Shown: in pieces, positions 15,980-24,105 of the stretch
How the letters are laid out: each line of letters opens with the position of its first letter
Position numbering within the stretch: the stretch's first letter is position 1
Origin: Candidatus Heimdallarchaeota archaeon
GTDB taxonomy: Archaea; Asgardarchaeota; Heimdallarchaeia; JABLTI01
Reading direction: 5' to 3'
NCBI GenBank assembly: GCA_030614005.1
Contig: JAUWKS010000020.1
Coordinates: 1 to 32,000, forward strand
Length of the DNA stretch: 32,000 nt
Program-made: the position numbers and the translations under genes
Notes under the pieces: generated by a model
The model's database searches: none
What the model saw: only the letters and a program-made list of their open reading frames with translations
Told to the model about the DNA's origin: nothing

Positions 15980-17323
15980 TTGACAATCGATCTCAATATT
16001 GTTAATGGAAATCTCTTCCTTGGTTCTGAATTTAGACAAGGAGGAATTTCCATTGAAGGTGAACGTATAATTAAGATTGGGAAAGAACCTTCTCTACCCA
16101 AAGCGTCTCATAAAATTGATGCTAAAGGAGCAATCGTTATTCCAGGGATTATAGATATCCATGTCCATTTTCGTGATTTACAGCAAAAATACAAAGAAAC
16201 CTTAGTATCAGGATCGATATCAGCTCTCGCAGGTGGAATAACAACAGTTCTGGACATGCCAAATAACAAGCCCCCAACAGATTCTATTAGTAGAATTCAA
16301 GAAAAAGAAGCTCTCATCCAAAATAAAGCAGCAGTAAATATTGGTTTTTACAGTTTGTTCCCAAAAGACAATTCAGAGATAGCAAAATTAGCAAACGAAG
16401 GAGTATTTGGTTTTAAAATATACCCAGCAGATAACTACTATCCACCAAAAGATAATGATTCCTTAAATAGAGCAATGAAGGAAATTGCTAGAACAAAGCT
16501 CCCTGTTATCATTCATCCGGACAATGGATTTGCTGGTGAAACTGAAAAACAATTGTTTGCTACAGATTTACCACCAATTGATGCTTTTATTAAAGCTCAT
16601 AATCAATTGGAAGAAGCAAAAGCACTTGAGACTTTTATTGATTTATCAAACAAAGTAGATGGGAAATTACATTGCGCTCATGTTACAGCCAAAGAGACTG
16701 TTGAGATAATTACTAAAAATAAGGACCTTCAAATGCTCTCGAGTGAAGTATGTCCACATCATCTCAGTCTAGGCGTTAAAGAACTACATAAATTTAAATC
16801 CCAGGCAAAATGCTTACCACCTCTAAGAACAAAACAAGATCAAGATGCTCTTTGGCAAGCTTTGAATGATGATGTAATAAATATTATATCAACAGATCAT
16901 GCTCCGCACTCATATGAAGAAAAACATTGTGAATTTGAGGTTGCTGCTTCGGGTATCCACGGTCTCGAGACACTGGTACCAATTATGTTCACTCATGCAT
17001 TAAGAGGGATGATTTCTTTTGAGAAATTGATACCAAAAATGACAACTAATCCTGCTAAATTAATGGGAATTGAACATAGAGGTGAATTGTTGGAAGGAAA
17101 CTTTGCTGATATTGTTATCCTCAAAAAGAAGAAATACCAAATTGTTTCAGCGCAATTTGAATCAAAAGCTAAATGGTCTCCCTTTGATGGGTATGCAATC
17201 AATTTTCTTCCAGACTATGTATTAGTTAATGGGTATTTAGCAAAAGAAGAAGAATACATCAGTTCTAAAGCTACTTCTGGAAAAGCAATCAAAAATTCAA
17301 ACGAAAAATTAAATATTGAATAG
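15980..17323 (+). CDS. pyrC: Dihydroorotase (amidohydrolase family)
   Basis: PGIIDIHVHFRD, GGITTVLDMPN, HCAHVT, EVCPHHL, PPLRT, TDHAPH, G.LLEG..ADIV. TTG start. Confidence 0.85.
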   Translation: MTIDLNIVNGNLFLGSEFRQGGISIEGERIIKIGKEPSLPKASHKIDAKGAIVIPGIIDIHVHFRDLQQKYKETLVSGSISALAGGITTVLDMPNNKPPTDSISRIQEKEALIQNKAAVNIGFYSLFPKDNSEIAKLANEGVFGFKIYPADNYYPPKDNDSLNRAMKEIARTKLPVIIHPDNGFAGETEKQLFATDLPPIDAFIKAHNQLEEAKALETFIDLSNKVDGKLHCAHVTAKETVEIITKNKDLQMLSSEVCPHHLSLGVKELHKFKSQAKCLPPLRTKQDQDALWQALNDDVINIISTDHAPHSYEEKHCEFEVAASGIHGLETLVPIMFTHALRGMISFEKLIPKMTTNPAKLMGIEHRGELLEGNFADIVILKKKKYQIVSAQFESKAKWSPFDGYAINFLPDYVLVNGYLAKEEEYISSKATSGKAIKNSNEKLNIE

Positions 17324-17344
17324 TCAATCGAAAATGGATTTAAT

Positions 17345-17866
17345 TTGAAGGTGAAAAACATTAGTAACGAAAGTCTTAGAAACCAGAAATTCATTGTTGA
17401 TAAAATGTATCGTAAATTATCGAGATGGTTACGAATTTTAGGGTATGATACCATTTTTGATCCACTTCTTAATGATTCGGATATTCTAGCTTTAGCAAGT
17501 TCTGAAGAAAGGTTTCTACTTACTAGAGATGAAGATTTAGAACAAAAAGCAAGAAAGTTGAAGGTTAAAACAATAAATGCTGATGGAAAAACAATAGAAG
17601 AAAGATTGGTTAAATTGCAAAAGCAAACTGGAATAGAGCTAACTCTGCCAAGTGAAATACTCTCTCGTTGTTCAATCTGTAATAGTAAAATTGTATCTAT
17701 TAGTAAAGAAGAAATTCTTGAACGAATTTTGGATGGAACAGAAAAACAATTTGATGCTTTCTGGATATGTACAAATGATAATTGTAAACAGATTTTTTGG
17801 AAAGGACATCATTGGGAAGAAATCGCTAATTCTCTCAAAATTTGCCAAGAATTGATAGATTCATAA
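17345..17866 (+). CDS. Mut7-C RNase domain protein (DUF82 type)
   Basis: FIVDKM..KLSRWLRILGYDT, LLTRDE.L, SRCSICN...WIC..C.QIFWKGHHW. Confidence 0.9.
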   Translation: MKVKNISNESLRNQKFIVDKMYRKLSRWLRILGYDTIFDPLLNDSDILALASSEERFLLTRDEDLEQKARKLKVKTINADGKTIEERLVKLQKQTGIELTLPSEILSRCSICNSKIVSISKEEILERILDGTEKQFDAFWICTNDNCKQIFWKGHHWEEIANSLKICQELIDS

Positions 17867-17916
17867 AAATTGCTTGCTGGAAAGATTAAATAAAATTGAA
17901 AAGTATGTAATTAATA

Positions 17917-18576
17917 TTGAATAATCCGTTTGTGAGTAAAATGGCTAAAGAAAACACTAATCAAGAATACACTTTGAAGGATGGTCAATTTCTTGTTAAA
18001 TTAGCCCGAAATTCAATAATCCATTATTTGACATTTGGTGAGCTAATAGAACAACCAATAGAAACTCCAGATAAGTTCTTACAAGATTCAGGTGTTTTCG
18101 TTACGTTAAATAAATTAGATCAGAATAAGACTAGAAGCTTGAGGGGATGTATTGGATTTCCGTTACCTGTTTATCCTTTAGTTATTGCTATAATTCAAGC
18201 AGCAAAAAGTGCTGCTGTTGGTGATCCAAGATTTCCCATTGTTACTATTCCGGAAATGAAGAATATCGTTGTTGAAATTACCATTTTAACACAACCTCAA
18301 GAATTGGAGGGAAAGGATTTCAAGGAATACCTTCAAAAAATTAAGATTGGTCGAGATGGTCTTATCATTAGAAAAGGCGTAATGAGCGGTCTGCTTTTAC
18401 CCCAAGTACCTATTGATTGGGGTTGGGATGTAAAAGAATTTTTAGAACATACTTGTAATAAAGCTGGCCTGCCAAAAGATTGCTGGAAAGACCCTAAAAC
18501 AACTATTGAATCTTTCAGTGGGATTATTTTTCAAGAAGAAGAACCAAATGGCAAAGTTGTTCAAGAAGAAATATGA
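17917..18576 (+). CDS. AMMECR1-family protein
   Basis: GVFVTL, LRGCIG, AAVGDPRFP, IGRDGLII, GLLLPQV, FL..TC.KAG. Confidence 0.95.
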   Translation: MNNPFVSKMAKENTNQEYTLKDGQFLVKLARNSIIHYLTFGELIEQPIETPDKFLQDSGVFVTLNKLDQNKTRSLRGCIGFPLPVYPLVIAIIQAAKSAAVGDPRFPIVTIPEMKNIVVEITILTQPQELEGKDFKEYLQKIKIGRDGLIIRKGVMSGLLLPQVPIDWGWDVKEFLEHTCNKAGLPKDCWKDPKTTIESFSGIIFQEEEPNGKVVQEEI

Positions 18577-18614
18577 GCTCGATTATTTTTGACTTAACGA
18601 ATGGTGGAAAAATT

Positions 18615-19595
18615 ATGGAATATCTAAAATTAGGGAATACAGGCTTAAAGATTTCAAAAATGGTTTTAGGAACAATGCAAATGGGATGGAGAATAGATGA
18701 AAAAACTTCATTTCAAATAATGGATAGAGCAATAGAACTCGGTATTAATACGTTCGATTCTGCAGACATCTATAGCAAATGGTCAGAAGAAAGTTATCCC
18801 GGAAAAACAGAGGAAATAATAGGCAAATGGATAAAAGACAGAGGGACTCGAGACGATTTAGTATTAGCTACAAAATTGTACGGTGAAATGGGTGAGGATG
18901 TAAATAATCGTGGATTATCTAGAAGGCATATCCATCAAGCAGTTATTGCTAGTCTCAAGAGATTACAAACGGATTGGATAGATATCTATTTCACACATAC
19001 TTTTGATGAAGACACACCTGCAGAGGAAACATTGCGAACATTTACTTCATTAATTGAAAAGGGAAAAATAAACTATATTGGAGCCTCGAATCATCCTGCT
19101 TGGAGAATTATGCAATCATTATGGATAAGTGACAAATATAGTCTAGCACGGTACGAACTATTACAACCAGTATACAATATTGCTAGAAGAAAGACATTCG
19201 AACAAGAAATTGAACCAATCGTTCAAGAATACAATCTTGGAGTAACATCGTATAGCCCATTAGGCGGGGGATTTCTGACAGGAAAATATTCACCAACGAA
19301 AAAAGTGGACACACCAAGATACGATAATGTCAAGAAAAGATACTTCAAAGATAAGAATTTTGAGCTTCTTAAAACGATAAAGAAAATGGCTGCTGAAAAG
19401 GATGTTTCAATGGCCCAAATTGCTTTACTCTGGGTTCTCCATAAAGAGAATATTACTGCGCCAATTATTGGTGCAAACTCTATAGAACAGTTAGAAGAAA
19501 ATATTGGTGCTTTGGATATAAAACTCTCGAAAGACAATATGATAGAATTAGAAGAAGCTTCAGAATGGGTAACCTTAGATCAATTAACAAGGTAA
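18615..19595 (+). CDS. Aldo/keto reductase
   Basis: LGNTGLKIS..LGTM, GINTFDSADIY, LATK, SLKRLQTDWID, IGASN, YSPLGGGFLTGKY, PIIGA. Start placed at MEYLKLG (18615), behind GGTGG. Confidence 0.94.
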   Translation: MEYLKLGNTGLKISKMVLGTMQMGWRIDEKTSFQIMDRAIELGINTFDSADIYSKWSEESYPGKTEEIIGKWIKDRGTRDDLVLATKLYGEMGEDVNNRGLSRRHIHQAVIASLKRLQTDWIDIYFTHTFDEDTPAEETLRTFTSLIEKGKINYIGASNHPAWRIMQSLWISDKYSLARYELLQPVYNIARRKTFEQEIEPIVQEYNLGVTSYSPLGGGFLTGKYSPTKKVDTPRYDNVKKRYFKDKNFELLKTIKKMAAEKDVSMAQIALLWVLHKENITAPIIGANSIEQLEENIGALDIKLSKDNMIELEEASEWVTLDQLTR

Positions 19596-19699
19596 TGTTG
19601 TAAAGATGAAAATTAAAGTTTAGAATTTATGACTAGAAACAACCCATACCTTTGTTTCTAAACTGTTAATTTAATATAACATTATGTCCGTATAATATC

Positions 19700-19735
19700 T
19701 TGGAGAGTAAAACTACATTTTTATTTACTCTCCGA
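19700..19735. other. Intergenic inverted repeat
   Basis: GGAGAGTAAA (19702-19711) / TTTACTCTCC (19724-19733), a perfect 10-bp stem. Confidence 0.6.
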
Positions 19736-19779
19736 ATCCCATAAACCTCTCTCCCCAATAAATAACTCCCTTTTCCTGT

Positions 19780-19802
19780 GACGGGGGATTTAATCCCTCG
19801 TC
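19780..19802. other. GC-rich intergenic hairpin
   Basis: GACGGGGGAT-TTA-ATCCCTCGTC, a 10-bp stem with one G-U pair. Confidence 0.6.
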
Positions 19803-19906
19803 CTTAAATTGACTTCAAATGATTTTGAATTTTAAGAAGAATGAGAATTATCCAACAGTTCATGCCATTTTAAATACTCTAATAAATAGGGGGAAAATCA
19901 TAACAT

Positions 19907-20638
19907 ATGAGTTCCCTTCACATTATAGTTCCTCACATTAAAACAATTCTTAATCGGTTTTCTCTTAACATGCTTTATGGTTTATTTGTGAAGGAATTTA
20001 TCTACCAATCTAAATTTAAAAAATTACTAATACAAAAGAATTGGAATGATATAAAAATAAAACCACGAGGTTATGCTGCTAATTGTTCACTTTTATATTT
20101 TCTAGTTAAATTGCTTGTTGAAAAAAGACCGAACAAAATTCTCGAGCTTGGTTCTGGAGAAACAACCAAATTATTGTTTAGATATGTTAAAGAAAATAGC
20201 AGTAGTGACGTTCTCGTATTAGAAGACAATATTGGATGGTATAATAATATCAAGCAAAATTTCATTGCTGAAAGATTTAGCTATATTTGTAAACCTTTGG
20301 CAGAGCTCGAAGTAGATGATAGACTATGTAATTGGTATTCATATGATTTCTTGGAATTAAATCAGCAAGAGAAAAAATTCAATTTAATTCTAATAGATGG
20401 TCCAAAAGGAGTAAGACGATTTTCTAGGTTTGGGATAGTCAAGTATTTCTTTGATATTATCGACAAGGATAATTTCTTAATAATATTTGATGATTCATCC
20501 CGAAAAGGAGAGGAAGATACGATCAATTATTTACTTCAGCTTTTTGATGAGAAGAAGGTAGACTATACCAAGTTTGATCTATATGGTTCTAAGAAACAAA
20601 CATGTATTGCTTCCGAAAATTTTGTTTTAGATATATAA
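19907..20638 (+). CDS. Class I SAM-dependent methyltransferase-like protein
   Basis: ILELGSGETT (motif I), VLVLED, LILIDGP, IIFDD. Confidence 0.8.
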   Translation: MSSLHIIVPHIKTILNRFSLNMLYGLFVKEFIYQSKFKKLLIQKNWNDIKIKPRGYAANCSLLYFLVKLLVEKRPNKILELGSGETTKLLFRYVKENSSSDVLVLEDNIGWYNNIKQNFIAERFSYICKPLAELEVDDRLCNWYSYDFLELNQQEKKFNLILIDGPKGVRRFSRFGIVKYFFDIIDKDNFLIIFDDSSRKGEEDTINYLLQLFDEKKVDYTKFDLYGSKKQTCIASENFVLDI

Positions 20639-20661
20639 GCAATCGAAGAAATTAGAGAGAT

Positions 20662-20706
20662 GAACGATGGCATTAGTCGTTTTTCTCATTTGAAGGCAGT
20701 AGAATC
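20662..20706. repeat. 45-bp dispersed direct repeat, copy A
   Basis: gaacgatggcattagtcgtttttctcatttgaaggcagtagaatc; 42/45 identical to 22751-22795. Confidence 0.9.
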
Positions 20707-20767
20707 CCTCTAACTTTATAGTCTCCAAGGAGCAATTAACACCAGTAAAAATTCATTGGGGGATTAA

Positions 20768-22729
20768 ATGCTCAAAAAAAGAACCTTCGTAAAAATTTTT
20801 GTTTTAATTATTACACTATCAATAATCGTACCACAATTTAGTGAGTATGTTGTTAGTAAAGTTGAAATAAAGAAAGCCATCGAGCCAGAAGCTGTAAAAG
20901 AATGGACTTTCATGTTATATCTCGCCGCTGACACTAGGGATCATCTTGTTACTTCAAGTTTAAATAATACCTATAACTCCATTGGTGAAGCAATTGAAAT
21001 GTGTTTTTATCAAGTTTCAAATTATGATGTAGATGTTGGATTTGAAACAAATCTGAATATAATTGCTCTTGTGGATCATCCATATGATGCAACCCATCAC
21101 TATGGATATGCAGAAATAATTCAAGTAAAGGTTGGTTGGGAAGCTAATATTATTCTGGACGATTTAGGTGCTACAAATATGGGTTCTAGATATACATTGA
21201 GTGATTTTATTGATTATTGTAAAACTAACTTTCCAGCAAATAACTATGCTCTAATGCTCTCGGATCACGGAAGGGGTTATGCAGGTTTAATTTATGATTA
21301 TCATGCTTCTCATCCATCTTATGAGTATGCACTAGGTGATTGTCTAACTCTAATCGAATTAAAAGATGCATTATCTGATAACCAAGGAGGAATAGATGTT
21401 CTATTTTTGAATACTTGCCTTGGTGGTTCTTTTGAACTTATGTGGCAGTTATATGGTTATGCAAATTATATTGTCGCTGGAGAAACAATTCAAGTGGGTA
21501 CCGTCCTTTTCCACCCAAGAGATATTCTTTATGCTCTATCTCGAGATCCTTTTATGACCCCACTCGAGCTGGCTCAATTGGCATTTGATGCTGGTCAAGA
21601 TCCTCAATTATGTCCTAGTTATCCATACAATGATGAACGTTGGCAATGTATCGGCCTTTATGATTTATCAAAATTACCTGGTGTGTTTGGTACACCAGTA
21701 TATAATCTGGCTGAAGTTTTTGAAGATTTTACAGGTTTGTTACTAAATGAATTCACTTTTAATGAAACTGAAGCCCAACTAATGTTCCGAACCATCAGAG
21801 TTGAAATGGATTATCATACTACATTATTTTCATCTAATTCAATGATGGTTGACTTGATGCATTTCGCAGAGAAGGTTATAGAGCACATAAGTGAATTTCA
21901 AGGGAACCAAGTTATGATTGCTAGTTATACCAATACTTTGATTGATTTAATCACACCCACTCCAGGTCAATTCTTGGTAGATCATTGGACTAGAGGAGCA
22001 ACTATTCATGAAAACATCAATGGATTCAGTATCTGTTTCCCAAATACTCGAGATAAATATGACCAATATCTCTACAAAAATTTCTATGAAGATTTAGATA
22101 TTTCTATTGACTCAGATTGGGAAGAATTTATTTTTGCCACCTATCCTGATCCTCTTGAACCTTTTTGGGACATCCATATTCCTGAATTTTGGGAAATAAA
22201 TCTATTACCAATTGATCCAACAGTTGATTTACATATATTCTTTGGTACGGACCCATACGAAGAACCATTACATGTTGGCCCTACCGGTTTAATTAACGAT
22301 TATAGTATGGATGTAGACTTAGGAATAGAAGGTGCTGAATATATTGATGATTTTCTCACTGGAGCAAAAACAATTATTATTCCAGCAACAAGCATAATGC
22401 AAACGAATCGAGATATTACACCAGTAAATTTCCAAGTTGTTGTTAATGCTACTTCTGCTGCTAGTGCTTCAATGGATGTTAATCTAAACGTTCGACATGT
22501 AAAAGATAATGAAATTTTATGGGAAGATACTCAAGAAAGCTCTATTGAAGTAGGCCAAGACCTTACTTGCGATATTTCAACAGATGATGAATGGACTGAT
22601 TTAGAAGATGTTCCCAAACCAAATGGATTTATAGGTCCAGAGAAAAATTTCTTAGAACCAGCAATAGTTTTTTCATTTTCAATAATTATTCTAGTAATTT
22701 TCTCCAGGAAATCCAAAAGGCAAAAATAG
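20768..22729 (+). CDS. Clostripain-family (C11) cysteine peptidase, secreted and membrane-anchored
   Basis: N-terminal signal/TM, EWTFMLYLAAD, NYALMLSDHG (catalytic His-Gly), LFLNTCLGG (catalytic Cys), C-terminal TM followed by a basic tail. Confidence 0.85.
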   Translation: MLKKRTFVKIFVLIITLSIIVPQFSEYVVSKVEIKKAIEPEAVKEWTFMLYLAADTRDHLVTSSLNNTYNSIGEAIEMCFYQVSNYDVDVGFETNLNIIALVDHPYDATHHYGYAEIIQVKVGWEANIILDDLGATNMGSRYTLSDFIDYCKTNFPANNYALMLSDHGRGYAGLIYDYHASHPSYEYALGDCLTLIELKDALSDNQGGIDVLFLNTCLGGSFELMWQLYGYANYIVAGETIQVGTVLFHPRDILYALSRDPFMTPLELAQLAFDAGQDPQLCPSYPYNDERWQCIGLYDLSKLPGVFGTPVYNLAEVFEDFTGLLLNEFTFNETEAQLMFRTIRVEMDYHTTLFSSNSMMVDLMHFAEKVIEHISEFQGNQVMIASYTNTLIDLITPTPGQFLVDHWTRGATIHENINGFSICFPNTRDKYDQYLYKNFYEDLDISIDSDWEEFIFATYPDPLEPFWDIHIPEFWEINLLPIDPTVDLHIFFGTDPYEEPLHVGPTGLINDYSMDVDLGIEGAEYIDDFLTGAKTIIIPATSIMQTNRDITPVNFQVVVNATSAASASMDVNLNVRHVKDNEILWEDTQESSIEVGQDLTCDISTDDEWTDLEDVPKPNGFIGPEKNFLEPAIVFSFSIIILVIFSRKSKRQK

Positions 22730-22750
22730 TGCTTCAAAATTAGAAGAGAA

Positions 22751-22795
22751 GAACGATGGTATTAGTCGTTCTCCTCATTTGAAGGCAGTAGAATC
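22751..22795. repeat. 45-bp dispersed direct repeat, copy B
   Basis: gaacgatggtattagtcgttctcctcatttgaaggcagtagaatc. Confidence 0.9.
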
Positions 22796-22896
22796 TATCC
22801 CCCGAAAAAAATTTCGGCTTTTAGAATCAGCGTATATTAATTGATGTTGATACAAGTGCCTCACTTGATCTTTCTGTTTCCTGATGAAATATATTA

Positions 22897-22998
22897 TTAG
22901 CGAAATATGATGATTGATTCAGTTGTTTTCTTTCTAAACTCATTAACATCGATTACTTCTCGCCTTCTGAATTGCTTTTTATTTTTTTGACCTTTCAT
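22897..22998 (-). CDS. Possible 33-aa basic small protein
   Basis: MKGQKNKKQFRRREVIDVNEFRKKTTESIIIFR, with GAGGT just upstream of the ATG and a double TAA stop. Confidence 0.3.
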   Translation of the reverse strand: MKGQKNKKQFRRREVIDVNEFRKKTTESIIIFR

Positions 22999-23159
22999 TG
23001 TTTATACCTCGTTTTTGTTCTAGGTATATCTATAACTGGTCACTCTATTTAACAAAAGTGAGTATATGTGACCATACTATATCTATTAAAAACTAGGGTA
23101 AAAAGAAAAAATGGTGTTCTCATATTTTAACAAAACAAATATGAGGGTAATAGTAAAAA

Positions 23160-24014
23160 TTAGTCTGTTTTTTCAGTTGCTAATTTTTTTTCTAATACTT
23201 CGACTAACAACCTAATATCATTAATGCATTCTCTTTCATGCTCGATAAATCTACGAATGATTTTCTTTATCGTCCATTTCTCTTTTGGGTACTCTGGAAG
23301 GTTTTCAGAAGTAAATATTTCATCTGCATGATTTGCATAATTGGAACGTATTAATGCAATTGCTCCTAGTTGCACTTTGAAAATTCGTTCATATAGTGAC
23401 AATGATTCAAGTTCATCCGTTGTTAAGTTTATTACTCCTAAGAATTTTTCTTCTATCTCTGTTCCAAAACGAGATATATAGGCAAATTCTGTTTTGTAGA
23501 TCTTCGTTAGCGCTTCATTTAGTGTTGGTTCCCCTTCTAACACTTCTAGTTTTCTTTGCTCATTCGAGAATTGAAAGACTATTCTCATTAGTGCTTCTGG
23601 AAGAGACTTTATTACTTCTAAATAAAATTCAAAATCTTCTTTGCTTATTTCTTCGTGATCCGACTTGAATAATGCCGATTTGTGAGTTGATACACTTTGC
23701 TGTGCTACATTAGTGATTTCTTCGATTATTTGCATTTCGTTGATTCCTGCAAGAAAATCTTTTGATTTTACCATGTACTCGTTTTTTGCAAAATCCTTTG
23801 ATAGTAGCCATTCACTGTATTTCTTTACGTCTTTGAGTAGCGCATCAATTGCAGCTTCTTTTGTTGGTGCTCTTGCACAGCATCCAAGAAATTCTGCCGC
23901 ATGGGCATAGAAAAGCTCTTTCCCTTCTTCTAGATTAATTTTTAGTTCTGCCAAATCCTTTAACGACCATTTGAATATTTTAGTTTTTTTCTTTTTTCTC
24001 TCTAAAATTTTCAT
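23160..24014 (-). CDS. HicB-like N-terminal domain plus DinB-like helical domain protein
   Basis: YAHAAEFLGCCARAPTKEAAIDAL...Y.EWL resembles the HicB N-domain. C-terminal WTIKKIIRRFIEHE resembles DinB-family ends. Confidence 0.6.
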   Translation of the reverse strand: MKILERKKKKTKIFKWSLKDLAELKINLEEGKELFYAHAAEFLGCCARAPTKEAAIDALLKDVKKYSEWLLSKDFAKNEYMVKSKDFLAGINEMQIIEEITNVAQQSVSTHKSALFKSDHEEISKEDFEFYLEVIKSLPEALMRIVFQFSNEQRKLEVLEGEPTLNEALTKIYKTEFAYISRFGTEIEEKFLGVINLTTDELESLSLYERIFKVQLGAIALIRSNYANHADEIFTSENLPEYPKEKWTIKKIIRRFIEHERECINDIRLLVEVLEKKLATEKTD

Positions 24015-24105
24015 TAAAAGTTCGTTTCTATAGACTAGTTTCTACTTTTTTAGTATTTTAACATTTGTTATTGTGGTTAAAATGACAATTTTGGGTTTTT
24101 AGAGC

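Noticed and set aside
20662-22795. CRISPR array or fluoride riboswitch interpretation of the 45-bp repeat
   Set aside because: Only two copies 2 kb apart with a gene between them and no cas genes. The GATGG start resembles crcB but the TAATGA...CTAC pseudoknot partner is missing.
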